Source of the DNA: Lama glama
Lineage: Eukaryota
NCBI GenBank assembly: GCA_028534125.1
Contig: CM052817.1
Span: 49,354,001 to 49,418,000 of the forward strand
Length of the DNA stretch: 64,000 bases
Direction: 5' to 3'
Position numbers and translations under genes: made by a program. Shown here piece by piece: positions 36,201-51,200 of this stretch; the stretch's first letter is position 1; each line of letters begins with the position of its first letter. A model generated the notes under the pieces. It saw only the letters and a list, made by a program, of their open reading frames with translations. It ran no database searches and was not told where the DNA came from.

Positions 36201-39200
36201 TTCTGAGGAATTGATGCTTCAGCTATCCTCAATATCTCAAAATATACTCTAAAAAGCATATCCAGTTTTCTTAAATATAGAAAAAAAAGTTTAGAAACAA
36301 GGTTTAATTAACCTTATCTTAAACAGAAAATTTACTGAATATTAGAGTCAGGCACTAAGCTATAAATTTTACATGTATTTTGCAAATTAAGCTTCCTATG
36401 AGGCTGACATTATTCCATTAAATTTTAAGCCATACAAGGATAGGCATAACGTCCAATTTATTCACCAATGCATACCCAGAGAAAGCACAGTGCCTTGCAA
36501 AGAGTGGATACTAAACATTAAGTTTGATGAGCCAAAGAATAAATAGACGCTCACTGAGTTTTACAGGAAAGGAAAACTAAGAAAAAAAAAAGTATTATGA
36601 AACTTGTCTAGGTCAGATTTGTGAAGAGAAGGTGTTTGAACCTAGAGTTTTGCACTACCTACCACTACAATAATAAATCATAAGACTTGTCAGTTAAGCC
36701 TGTACTATTAATACAAATCAAATCATTCATGAGTCTTGAGTTTTAAAAACAGCATGCAGTTATTTGTCCTCAAAGATACGTATATTAAGTCTCTTAATGG
36801 GTAACTGTAACAATCAAACTGCAAACGAAGTAAAATAACTTGCAAAAATAGAATACAAACCATTCCTTGCCAAGGTGGTGGTGGTCCCATGTTATGAAAC
36901 TCCCTCACATAATCATTGTAGGACTAAAATGAAAGGTGATAATGTCAATAAGTAAATAAAAAACCCAGAACTACAAAATAAATCAGATCCTGATTTTACA
37001 TACATTAAATATAAAAAATGAAATGCTTACCCCATTTAAAAACACATCTCGGCGAACTCCTGAAAATCGTCTGTTGGGAATAAGATTTGTGAAACTAAAT
37101 TCAGGTAATTCATAAACTAGTTCCAAGAATGTAATTCAAAACTAAGCAAGAGTGAACCCAACTTACCTGTCTACTTCCTGGTATCGTGGATCCTTTAAAT
37201 ACCCTGTTCAAACATCAAGCATTTTAGTATATCAAATTTATACTTTTTATTATGGCATTATAATTAAACCTTCCTTACCACTCATTTCAATTCTTCCCAT
37301 GAAATATAGTGATGCTATTAAATGATGCTATTACGTATCATTCCATTTTCAGATTTTCTTCTCAGATTTCAAGATAATTTAGGAAGTAACTAAATAACTT
37401 ACTGATATCACAGAATTATAAACTGCTAGAGAGGTTTTCATATGGATCTTCTAAATCCACACCCCAATTCTTGCTAGACAGAAATTTCTTCATGCTGCAC
37501 CATAATAAAGGTAAGGGAAGAGGAATTATCTTGAGGACACTGTAATAGGACTTTCTTAAAACAAATGTTTACCTTCCACCTTGAGTACACAGAAGCCTTT
37601 CTAAATCAATCATAGATCGTTTTAAAAAATGCAAACTTAAGGGAAGAAAAGCAAAATTACAAAAGTTGCAAAAATGAAGATATATACACTTTAAATGAAA
37701 GAACCATGGTGATAGAGAAATATTCGCCCCCTCCCATATCTGCTTCTAGTAAGGACTCAGCAAATTAAAATGTAAAAAAAAGTGAGTGGCCAAGTTATGG
37801 GAGTAAAATTAATTTTACTCTCTGGAATATCCCATTTTAGAGAAGAATGAGGCTTATCAAGCCACTTGTGATGTAACAGTGCTGTAGTGCTCACTAACAC
37901 CAATTTCCAAACTGCTTAATCTTTATAATTGGATCACTGACAATTTTAAATAATACAGTTTGCCTTTTATGTTTCTAGTAAGGGAAAGACTAACTGAGAA
38001 GCTGCTTTTAGATTACAAGCCAAGTACTTCCTACTCCTCTCTATAAACATGGAAGTCAAAGATACTTGTATGTAAAAAAAAAATTTCAGTTTCTAATTAA
38101 AGCTATATACCACATGAAATACTAAGTACCAGAGAAGAAAAAGCCTAACAGTGTAAGATCATTGCTTTCCCTAACTACATTTAATCTTAAAACACATACG
38201 CAGTTTCCATTTGTGCAGTAATTATAAACTGGCAATTTCAGGTAATTAACAGACTATGATAATGAGTCACACTGGAATAGATTAAACAAATTTAAAGTAG
38301 AGGAAGAATTATTAAGAACTATTAATAAATTTCTAAGGTTTAAGCAGTCACATCCTAAGTTTTCTCACTTTTAAAACTATAGGCCCATGACAGAAGTTTT
38401 TGTGTTGTTGTTGCTGTTACTGTTTTTAATAATTTCAAGTCATCAGGATTATAAAATATTAACCTGGTCTCTGATGAAACTCAGGGGCATAGTCAATCCT
38501 TGGTTTCTTTCTGCTGTTATGAATATCATAATCTTCTGGTCGACGCCTACACAAATTAGACACATTAGAAATTAAACCAAAAACTGCTGGGAGAACAAAC
38601 AGCAAAGCAAGAGTTTCTGACAAAAATAAGTACAAAGAATAGCTTATTATTTCCTTTAAAATAACACCCTAATTTCTGGTGAGCAAGTATCTTAAAATTT
38701 CTAAATTTTAATTCCTCAAATTAATTACTATATACTAATCCTTAGATGTACTGCTGGAAACAAGATATTTCTGTAATCCTCATGCTGTGATGAGACGCTT
38801 GCAAAGAGTAATCTGCTCAAAATATGTAAATCATATTTTAGTAATCAAAACAAAAGTAAATGAGCTGCCCTCAAACTAATGTTAATATCTAGTTTAGCAA
38901 TTAAAACACTTTCTCAGAGTCTCCATTCAAGTAAAAAGAGAGGGAGAAAAACTCTCTCATCATTACACAATAAGTAACTACAAAATCCATATATTTAAAC
39001 TTATTAGTGTCATGTTAGGCTAAGTCTGAAGAATGAGGACTTCTTAAATATTTTTCTTCTACTTTGCACAAAATTATACTTTTCACATGATCATACAGAA
39101 AATTTGACACTTATTAAAAGTGACTTTACAGGTAAGTTTTGAAAATCTTAATACTTCAAAAAACTAATTTCTAAAGTTAATAACATTTAAGAATTCAGGG

Positions 39201-42200
39201 AATTTTATTTCCAGAGACAATGCCTTAAAAAATAATACTGGCAAGTAATGGGGCAGAGTTTTAACAGAGTTTATACAAGTTCAAACTTTACTCTCTGCAG
39301 AGGGCTGCTCTTCACTATCTACCATAAATCTTAATGGTTAACGTAAATACATCATTAAATACACTTCATTTTACTTACAGTTTAATAAAGAGCTACACAA
39401 AAGAAACAAAAATCCAAGTTTTTAAGGTAATAAATATCTTTTTACCCTTAATATCAAAAACTCTGTGATAACCTGACATCACTAGTTTTCCAGTTATTTC
39501 TCTGAGTATCAACTGCTTTCATTAACTTTTGCAACACAAATTCACTCAAACTGCTAAGTTGCAATAAACCCAAGCCCCCCAACAGAATAAAAACAGTTGC
39601 ATCTACAATAAATAAGACTAAGAAAATGAAAAGCTGGTTTAAAAAATAAACATACCGCTTTCTTGTAGTTTGGGAAGTGCATTTACGACCGGAATAAAAC
39701 ATGATAGTAACAGTTCATAAAGTAGTCCAACTACTGACTTTAAGCTGTAAGCCACATACAAATATGGAGGCCCTGGCAGGCTTGAGAGAAGGTGTAGTGG
39801 TGTAATAAGTATGGTTTACAGTCCATTGCAAAACTGAGGTAAACTTCACTTGTATGTACTGTATTGCACTGGAACTCTCTTAGCTTAAAACTTCAAGAGA
39901 CATCTTGGTGTTCAGTCCTTCTAGGCCAACAATAAGGGGGCTCTGCCAGGTTCCTCCTACCTACTTGACAGTGTCCTTCTTAAGCTCAAAGAAATAGGGA
40001 CGCTTGTTGGATTATCTGTACCTACCACAGGATGTTTCCATCAAAAGGAAACTTAACCAAAGGTTTCATCCCATCATCAACCATACATCCAACAGTCTTT
40101 AGCAGAGTATTTTAGATTTAGCTGTATGCAAATCTAGACAGGGGAAGGTGTTGGGTAGAAGGGCTTAAATCAGTCCTTTGCAAAAACTTCTCCAATTCTG
40201 TAACAAGTTAAACCCCCTTTTCCTGGAAAATGCTGTTTAGTTCATAAAGTAGTGATCAATAACCATGGCGATCCTCTAAAAACACTTTTAAGTCCACAGG
40301 TACTGCCAGCATCTGGAAAAGTTGAAAACAGACACAGCAACAGCCTTTCTTTTTGGTTTGTTGCCGGGTCTCCCAGGGCCACTTGATCCCCTTTGGAAAG
40401 AACCTATGGTTTTCAGAAGCTCAGCAAGATGTGTGAATTCACTGGGTACATGTTAGACAATATTTGACAATGGGGTTAACACATCACGGTGGTAAAATCT
40501 GAAATAGTCCCAATAATGCTCCTCTTGAACATCAAAATAATTTAAAATATTTTATCCTCTAAATAAGGCGGCATCTTCTGAAAAAATATTAGTGATCCTT
40601 TATAAAAGTCCCATATCTGATAAGGTTATCCAGAGACACACCTGAAAGAAAAGGCTTTTTACAAAATATTAACAATTTTTGCAAATAAAGACTTTCTCCT
40701 CTTCCTCCTTCCTAGCCTGTTCTTAGCAACAAAGGCCTACCTCATTTCAGTGGTATACATCGTATAATGAGATTATCATCTAAACTGGTTATCACGCTTT
40801 AGCAAATAATTTTTTCTGCATTAGGAAAGATCCCCATTTTCCTCTTGAAAAATGACTGAGACCAAGGTGAGACCATGTGAAATCCTCAATGAAGCCACAA
40901 ACTAGTCCATGCAGCTTGATTTGAGGATTTTCTCTTTCTTCTTTACCGCAGGACAAACTTTTGACGAATCAAATTCCTCCATCATGTTATTCTGACACAT
41001 GTGCCTATTATCAGTCCAAAGAATGTTTCTAACCTTCCCACATCCCGGACTGGTTCTCGACGGGATGGACGTCCTCTTGATCGGGGCTGAGAATGCATTC
41101 TTCTCTTGTGACGCATTTTATGAATGACCTGATACAAGTCAATACTTTCATCAGGGGGAAATAGAAGACAAAGCTGGGTTCCACATTCAAGTTCAATTTC
41201 CTAAAATAGGAAAGTAGTAATTTACAAGAAGAAAAAAAGAGGAGACACTTTCAATAGACTTGCTGTATTTTCCTCATGTACAAGAAAAACAGACTGACTT
41301 GAAGGCTTCCTTCCCGAGGTTGATGATTGTATGAGATTCCGATAAACTTCCGTGAAAGGTATTAAAAAGCCTTTCGAAAGTGTTTCATGTATTTATATAA
41401 AGGTAAAAAACTAAAAGTATAAAATCTCCAAAGTTAACTATACAAAAAACTCTGTGACAATCACCCTCTGCAACAAAGGAGTATTTCTTTGTGCAGAATA
41501 CTTAAGAATCAGGACAAAGTCATCCATCTTAACACAGTGGGGGAAAACAATACTTTAGTGTGTGTGAACAACTTTCGTAATTATGAAGAGCTAAATGCAC
41601 TGAAATACATTAACTACAAAGGCAGACTAACCTATGGGCTTTTTAAAATTAAGTTTGATTTTCAATTACCAACATTTCTTTTATAAGCAATGAAAACCTG
41701 GTTCAAAAATATATGTAGAAACATAAGGGTCACAGGTCTGGATTTATTTTAATTTCATTTGTAGACTTGAAAATCTGAGTACATATACTTATCATCTTTT
41801 CATAAAGCTTCCTTCTATTCAGAAGATTTCAGCAAAGATGTTAAATGGCATTTCTGAAATGTATTATACAAAATGCAGAATCTATTAAAACCGTAATAAA
41901 TATAATGAAAAACCATTTGAAATAATGTCAATTTTCTTCAAAAAAAATTTCCTTCAATTGTATTAATTAAAGTATCACATAAAGCTACCTATCTTTCAAT
42001 ATTAATGGAAGTTTTATTAATCAGTCATAATCACAGTGATCACAAACTCCAAATAAGAGTATCTTCCCTTAATCTTTCCCAAGTTCTTTCAAAAATGGTT
42101 TTTAAATGTCCCTCAATAAAGATCTCTAAAAGGGTTGATTAAATATGTGTTTTTTTTAAAGAATCAACTAAAACAACAAACCTGTCCATCACGTCCAATC

Positions 42201-45200
42201 TTTACTGGCTTATGTTCATTCCAAGGGTTAGTGAGATGAGCCGACTTAGTGAAGGGTAGTTCACGCCTAAAAATACAGTGTTATCAATTATATTCTTTTG
42301 CAGAATCCTTTAAAGGCCTTACAGTACTTTCACAGTGAATTCTTATGTTAATCACAATTTAAATGTGACTAAAATTTAAGACTGGTAGAACTTGTTTCCC
42401 AGAAAGGGAACCATCTTCAGAGATGCATTCTTTCCACATTCTCCCCAGTGTTTTAAAAAAACAAACGGAACAAAACGAAACAGACCTAAATAACATGCTT
42501 AAGAATATGAGCTTGGAAACCAAGACAGTTTGGGGTTTAAATCCCAACTCTCTTTCAACTTCTCCGAGCCTGAGTTTCTTCATCTTATAAACCAGGATAT
42601 CACTATTGTCTTCATAGTTGTTTTTAGTAGTTTGAAATATCAAGTGTTTAGCATATTTCTTGCTTCTCTGTACTAAAAGAAACTGTATTTTTTAATAACT
42701 GATCAACAAAGAGATAAGCCTTAACCAGGCAGTTAACACCAAATGAAAGTAAGTGTTCCCTATTCTTAGTTCAGGACTGCTTTCCCAAAGTCAAGCGTCC
42801 TCCCCTTTTGATAACGCAATACTCCCCACCACACATGGAATGGCTCTTGACAGTACAAATGTTTATAGTTATAAATACACATATTTGCATGTATTAATTA
42901 TGTCCTCCACTTATACTATAGTGCTATACGTATTTACCTTAAAAAAAAACAACAACAACAAAAAACAAAAAACCCAGCTCTAAGCTCTGTGAGCAATAGG
43001 GGAAAATGGTCTCTCCAAGTTAAAAAAAGTATCCTGTATTTTTATAGTTCTTTATCAACCTAGCATAATACTGAACACAAATATGACATTGTAATAAGTA
43101 CTTGTTAGTTGTCAAAAAACAATCAGAAATTAACAACGTTCGATAAGGTATCATCTAATTGTGCATAAAACAAGCAATGTCAAATTAAGTAAATGCTTTA
43201 AAGAATTATTTATTATAACTATAATACAAATGAAATTTTTCAAAGGACACACAAAGACGAATAAGACAAAGAAGAGCCTGCATTCCTAACTTTTCTTCCA
43301 CAGCTTTTATCAAAGAATAAACAAGCACACACAACTATTTTGTAAATGAATGAGTAGCACAGAGTATAGAATTTTGTTTTTCATGTGGATGTTCATATTT
43401 ATTTTGGAAAGAAAAAAAAAACCAGAAATTGCATCCTGGAAAAGGTGGCATATGGGATAAATCTGAAAGAAAAAGAGATTCAGGAAAAGCCATATGTAGG
43501 GAGGTTAAGGCAGGGTTACATTTGAAGCAATGAAAAGGACTTGAGCAAAGACATACCAGAGAAGACAAAATATAAGCAGGTAACCTAACCTGGTCCAGTA
43601 AATAAATGCTACATAACCATTTATTCTAACCTTACATGAATTTTCTTAAAGATGAGTATTACATGCTCGAATTTTTACCACTGTTTTAAACCTCAGAAAC
43701 ATTTTGACATTTATAGGAAAGAGAAGTACTTCTAAAATTAATGTTAACAAGGGGGCATGATCTGCAGTGGTGATATGAAGGTATGGAAGAAGTGGGCAGT
43801 GAGTAATGGAAATGCCCACTAGGTACTACTACAAGACTTGGATTCTTCATCTAACACATATCTTACCTCACACATCAAGAGTAGTTCAAGAATATATATA
43901 CACATAGGTATGTATATATATAACAATCACTTTGCTGTACACCTGAAATTAATGCTGTAAATTGACTACATGTCAATAAAAAATAAGAATTAAAATAAAT
44001 TTAAAAAGCATACATACATACATAAAATATACATATACACACACAAACATTCCCTGCCCTGCCCCCTTTTCAGGGAGGTTGGGAGAAAGAGACTATCATT
44101 AAGCTAGAGCAAGTCCATACCAAAGCCTAGAATATCTAGAGGCAGATCTATAGTTTAAAACTTTGTATTTCGTTTAATACTTTCTTAGATTTTTCTTCTA
44201 AACTGCCAGTTAAAAAACAGTTATAGGAAAGGAATATATAATCTACAACTAACCAAAGTGCAGGAAGGTTACAAATTATTATTGCACAGAGTTATCACTG
44301 TTATTTAAATATCAGCAATAGAATACCCTAGGTCCAAAATAAAGGCGTATGTCAAGCTGGCTGAGTCATCTGGGGTTAAGAGTCTTTGGTGGCACTGGTT
44401 CTAACGAGATTCTATAGATATCTGCCTACTGTTTTGACAAATTAGTTAATCCCAGCCAGAATATCACAGAGAACTATGAGGTCTTAGGCAAAACAGGGCT
44501 CAGATTAAGAATAAGAGAAATTGCACATCTGTGATTACAATTAGAGAACAGGCATCCTAACAGTTAGCTTTTGAGCAGACATGTAATGAAGAAGCCTACA
44601 GATGACTATCTTTACTGTGAGTACTTTAGATAACATGGGAGTAATTCTTTAACTTAGCGAGCTTAGTAAATGGGGCAAATTTAACAAAAGAACGTGAAAC
44701 TGTACAGAGGCTCTGTGTACTGGATAGTGATTTGGTCATTAAAGTCAAAATAAAAGAGAAATCCTGAAAGAAGAGAAATGGGTTATTTGCAATGGCCATG
44801 AAAAGGGTGAGTATAAAATACAGTAATAGTCAGCAGATTTAATTCTAGTCAGATGACATTTTATAGATTATAACCTTATTTTGATCTAACTCCCAGTGAC
44901 AAATAAGTCACTTTTTATGCCTCCCCTCCTATCTGCTACCACGTACCATCTGGTCTTAAACTTCAGTGTGCCTACAGGTTTCAGGTGGGTCTCAGGAGTC
45001 TGCATTTTAACAATCAGATACTACTGATGCAAGTGATCCAGGGACCACACCTAAAAACTTAAGGCTAGTTACTACTAAATCCGCAAGGTGCTTAAATGAA
45101 AGTCTAATAACTATCATATCTGAAAAGAAAAAATACTAATAGCAGTATTACTGATAGCAAAGACCTTAGGGTTTATATTTATTGAAGCTTAATCCTTTTA

Positions 45201-48200
45201 ACTCCGAATCAAATGCAATTCTAATTCATACAGAGAACTTGAGAGTTCAAGTGATTTACCCAAGGCAATATCAAAGTAGTATCACATGCACCCTCAGAAC
45301 TCTTAAGTACTGTAAAATTACTCTTGAACAAAAATAATATTAAAGCTTTTTAAATTTAAGAATATTCTTTCCAGCTAAACCTAAAACTTACTTGAAAACA
45401 GTTAAAAAAAAAAAAGTCAATACCCAAAATCTTGAACAAAATGTTAGTAAATGGACTATTTAGGTTTGTACCTCTTCCGTTGCTATATGTATTTAATGAG
45501 TTAGTATAATAGACAGTAAGTCAATGAAGAACATGAAGACAATAATCTGTGACTAAATTAAACTTATCTTCTAAAATTAAGAAACAAATTTTCTTACCAA
45601 TAGTTAAAAAATGAAGGTTAATAAAACAAGTAACATCAAAATAAAATTTGCAACCAGTGATCTAAAACTGGTAATTATTTTTCTATTACTAAGAAAGCAT
45701 CATCTCCAAATATTTTTTAGTGACACAATGCTTCTAGTCATAAAACTATAGACTTAACCTCTATTTTGGTGTTTATAGTTATCCAGCCAATCAATCAATC
45801 AGTAAAAGTGTCTATCTCTGCTAGGAAATAATTGGTACCTTGTCTTCCCTATAAACTGCCATCAGATTTTTAAATTTTATAATTTTGATTATGATCTAAT
45901 TTTAATTGAATTATAACTAATTTCTAAAGAACTATAATTTTGTATTAATAAACCTTGGGTACAATGGAGTATGGGGATATCATCTATTGTCTCACCACCC
46001 TAACAATGCATTCCAACATTACAATTATGTATTCTTTCATCTATTTTATCTTTCCGTTTATTACATGGACAATTATTTTTGCATATTACATTTAAGTGAC
46101 AAACCATAATTTACTTAACCAATTTCCTGTACGGGAGAATTCAGACTGCTTCTATTTTTCCCCTATAGAAAGTAATGATGGGACGAATAATGGTGGTATA
46201 CTTATGGCATAAACTTTTTGTTTAATTGTCAACCTAATACCACTATATCACTGCCCATGTATTTTCTTAGTTCCTCACTGTCCCACAGTAAAGGTTTAAC
46301 TCCTTAGGCTGGTCCACATTACCATTCATCTTTGTCTTTTGTTCTTCTCCTTACTATACAGTTCATTAAAAAGGTGTCTCCTTATCCCACCCACATACCC
46401 CACTCCCACCCCCGATCTCCCACACCATGGTTTCTGATTCCATGGCTCTTCTTTGTGCTAGTCTACCTTCCTGAATATGAATAGCATTTTTCCCTTTTAT
46501 CCAATTCCTCCATCCTCATAAAAATTCACGTAAGCCAATTTATGACACAAAAAAAACCCATATGGTCCCTTTTCAGGTAATTCTTATTTAACTAAAATTA
46601 ATTTAACAGGTAACAGATTTGTGTATGTCATACAAAGTTCACTTAAATAATTAGCTTTTTCTGTTGTTGAAATAACTTTCTAGACCCAAGATGGAGCCAA
46701 TCCTATCCCGGGTGTCACATCAGCAAACTGAAACTTGTAAAATTTTCATGTCCCTATAAACACACCACTTAATCAGAAATGCAGTATATCCAGTCAGCCA
46801 ATTCCCAAATGCCAAGTCAACCCTGGGCTTTCTCATTCCAAACATGATTGACTATGTGGCTCCGTCCAATCAGATGTTTTGTTATTCGTCTCTTCCTTGT
46901 TTTCTTTACAACTGATCCTAGAAAAGCTTTCTGCCATCTGCCCTATTTTGCAGTTCTCCAAAAGAGACTGTCCATTTCCTGAAGTGTCAAGTTTGTTTGT
47001 ATCACCTAAATTGACTTCTTTAATCATTTTTTTTAAACGATATACAGGGGGAGGATGTAGCTCAGTGACAGAGTACATGTTTAGCATGCACAAGATCCTG
47101 GGTTCAATCCCCAGAATCTCTATTAATATCTATTAAAAAAATAAAAAATAAAACAACATACAATCAATCAGTTAAGGACAAAAAAAACAGTGGCAAATAA
47201 CTCGGTGTTTGAAATAAGTCTATTTTTCTAACAAACATTTAAATCAAATATTCCAGTTTCAAAAGATAACAATGCCAGCTAATATGATTTAACTTCCTTT
47301 AAAAAGACTACTTGTTCACAACTAAATTAGTCACCTCCAAAATGTTATTAGCCAAATCAGAGTGATTGTTTTCCCATTCCACAGTAATACGATGTTAAAT
47401 CACTAAACATATATATATATATGCCAAATAACATTCCAAGCAATTGTCGTAGCAAATTTACTGCTGAATTACTAATACAGAGGACAACTTAAATACATAA
47501 AACTCTTGACTACATAAACCTTTGCCCTTTGCATCCTATATAGATTATAAAGGTGGTGAACAAGACAATCAAAGCATATTAATGTTATTTTTTAGATTGT
47601 TAAATAAATTTTACAGGTCCCAATCACCCTAGGAATGAGGCCAAACAACAAGGGAGAATAATCAGAATAGTAAATTACAACATATAACTGTGAAGTTTTA
47701 ACATTATTCTCAACTAGCAGTCCATTCAAAACAAGGACAACTTTACACACTGAAATGTATAACTTACCTGCAAATCCAGTCAATTTTGAACACACCTCCC
47801 AGCATTTTAGCACTCATTCCTGCTGGAAGCACCCAATGTATAGGAGATCCTCCATGATGTGACTCTGAAGAAAGTCTTGCAAAGCCTAAGGGAATAAATC
47901 ACAACATAATATATAGATGCAAATATAATTAATGTTTTTAAAATCCAACTTATTTTTATTCTTACCTTGAAATTTTCCACTCTCTCTCACAGAAAATATT
48001 AAGATAACACTCCTTGCAGATCTGAATGCAAGATTTAATTTCTTCTCATTTACCGGCAGTGTAGACCACACACCCTATATGCAAACATCACAGACCGAAA
48101 TCAATGCAAATCATTTACGTTTCCAATTATATTTGCAGAAGATCAAAGCTACCAATACTGTGGTACTTTAAATTTAAGTAAATTATAATCAATTATCAGC

Positions 48201-51200
48201 TGTCAGAATAATGGAATAATCTATTAAAAACTCAGAAAAAATATGGAGAAAATTACCAACCTTAACCAAATCACTAAAACAACTAGTAAACCACACTGGG
48301 GAGGGGGGTGAGCAAATCATATGGCATAGAATTTCATGTAATAAAAACAATCACCTACAATTATTTTAGTATCAGAACCATTTACTGTGGTACAAACATG
48401 TTGTCTGAAGGTGAATCACAATGTGTACATTTTTCTTCTTAAAAAACTATGCCTAACGAAATAATTATCATTATATTAGTAAATCCATAAGTGAAGAACT
48501 TCTGTCAAGTTACTAGCATTTCTTTTTTCCTATTTAAGTTCAAATTTTCATGTATCAATAGTTTGAAGAGGCCTGTGTTTTATCTAGAGTTGGAACATAA
48601 TTATTAATTTCCAGAGCATTCAATTCTTTGTTCATTAAAGATTAAGAGAGAATGGTAAAATAAGCCAGAAGCTCTAATCCAGTTTAGCCCATTGATACAA
48701 ACTAGATCTCATCACACGAAGTGATTAATTACTTCTGCCTAAATCTACTAAAGAACAGAATAAACTTCCACTAGAGAGTTATCTGATGTATTATTCCTTC
48801 CATCTGTAAAATTTAATGGGTAATCCTCAACTTAAGCTAGAAATACAGGATTATTAATAGTGACAAAAATATGGTTAAAAAATATTTAACTTTAGTTTTA
48901 ACTTTCTCAGAGTCAGTAGAAACTATTAAACCAAAAATAGTGACCTTACTTTTAAAAGTAAAAGAAACTCTCTGTTAAAGAATGATATTTTTTCAAGAAA
49001 AATCTCAAGGCATAGAACAGCATCAATATAAAACAAAAACTGGCTAACTAAAGAAACTTTAAAAAGTATTAGTATAATAAATTAGCAACTGAATACAGAA
49101 ACTACAAAAATTGAAAGAAACACGTCTTTTGCAGTACAATGTATAATTATATCCATTCTTCAAATACTGAATACATTTACTCCTAAACTTTTAAAAGATT
49201 TAAAAACTTAAATTACTACTATGTTGCCTCCAAAAGCAGACTGGGCTATGGATTATGGCAACTGGGCTATGGATCTTTAAAGCTTTCACAAAAATTACAG
49301 TATCTCATGCACTCAAGTGACACTCAAATCCAGTTCACATTTAAAAATTTCAAGATTAGGATAGTTTCAACAGAACTGATGCTAATACCTTAGCTTTGGC
49401 AAGGGACACATTCTCATGGTTGTTACTCTTTATGAGGAAAAATCTTGCATCCTGTAGGACATATTTGAGTTTACTGGTTTGATCTGAAAAAAAGAAATCC
49501 AAATTGATTAACCAGAGGCCATTATCAAACAGAGGGATGTAAGCTGTACTAACTGAAATTATCCCTCTACAACCCAGCTAAACTTTTAAAATTCATAATC
49601 ACCCATTCAACCTAGAAAGCTAAGCCACAACACATAATAAAGCAAAGCTAAGAGGACACATTAGCATTTTGCATGGAAGTAAACCTAATATAGTGATGTT
49701 CTGATATATCATATTCAAATTTAAATACAAAAATGGCTATAAATTTTATAGATTTCTTTTATCAGATTAATCATTTAAAAACTGCTAACAGACCACTATG
49801 CTATAAAAAACATATATACCATCCACTGTGTCCAAAAACTTTTACGATATCCTAAAATGTTTGCTATTGTTCTAAAAGATAAGCAGTAAGAAGTGAACAT
49901 GGAGCTCTATGTAAGACTACATCGTTAATTTTTCTTCCCTTAATGTAATATATCAGAACATTACTACATTAAAACCAACTATTAATGGAGAACCAATAAG
50001 GCAAAATAATGACTTTAGGCAGCATGCAATGAAAACAATTTCAAATTTAAATGATACCTTTTCGGACAGCACGAACGGAAGATGATAATTTCTCATGCTT
50101 CTTTTCTGAACCTGTATTTAGCCAAAGTACATTTGTTCAGATTGAGCTTTAATATAGAAATAAGACAAAATTTCTACAGTCTTGTCACATAAAGTTCTCA
50201 TTCAAGACAAATTATTCTTTCTGGCGCACCCACACACACAAATACTTCTCAATGTGTACGAGTGTTTTGCTTTTTGGGTTGTTTGGATTTTTAAAAAAAT
50301 ATTTGAACAGTTTCTCACTCAGAAAACTAGTCACTGAATCATCATCTTCCAAGAAAAAATAAAAGTGAAATTCCACTTAAGCAATAACAGAACAGGATTA
50401 AAATAATAAGAAAAAGCTTAGTTTCCTCTAGAATTATTACATTGAACATGCCAGAAATCAATACTAATGAACATCAACAAGTTCACACTAAACTACAGCC
50501 TCCACACACTTTTTACAGCAGATTACATCAGAATTGGTCAGATACGGTCACAAGTAAAAATAAACTGAGAATACCTGCATATGACTCCGATGCAGAGCTT
50601 CCACTCCTATCAAAAACAATAGGAGATATGCCTCTAGCTCTCTTCCTTTCCTTCTTTTTCTCATCTAAAAATGAATTCAAACAAGATTTTTTAAAACATT
50701 ACAATACAGGTACAGGTAATCAAATAAGAATGTTTTTATTATGTGTCTGGATTTTGCATAAGCCCTAAGTATTAGTCATTACTAATCTCTCACATTTAAA
50801 TTTTTTCAGGTTTTCCAATCAGAAGACACTGTTCAAAAACTAAGGACATTTTGTTATTTCTCCAATTTTAATCAAACAAAAACACACGGCCATAATTAAG
50901 TACTTGTCCTATACCTAAAGGTGGTCTTAAATAAAGTTTTTCAAAAGGGGAAAAAAACTCTGCAAAGCAAATGCAACTCTTCCTTTAATTAAATTTACTG
51001 TGCTCCCTTCTATTCACCAGGTACCACTGTTTTAAGTCCTCTTTTTAAGATGTATACTATCATTCTTCATCACAATTCCAACTGTGATTCTCCCTTAGAT
51101 GTCTGATAAACCCCAGAACCCAAAGCCTTTCAACTGTTTAAAAAAAGAAAAAAATTACACTATAGTAAACAAGTAATTCCCTTCTGGTTGTCACTGTTTC

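Noticed and set aside
47047..47120. tRNA-Ala-like gene
   Set aside because: Degenerate stems, A-rich tail and TSD show it is a SINE.
49240..49274. 14-bp direct repeat actgggctatggat (similar short duplications at 9072-9110 and 23289-23331)
   Set aside because: Only two copies each; ordinary micro-duplications, not arrays or CRISPR.
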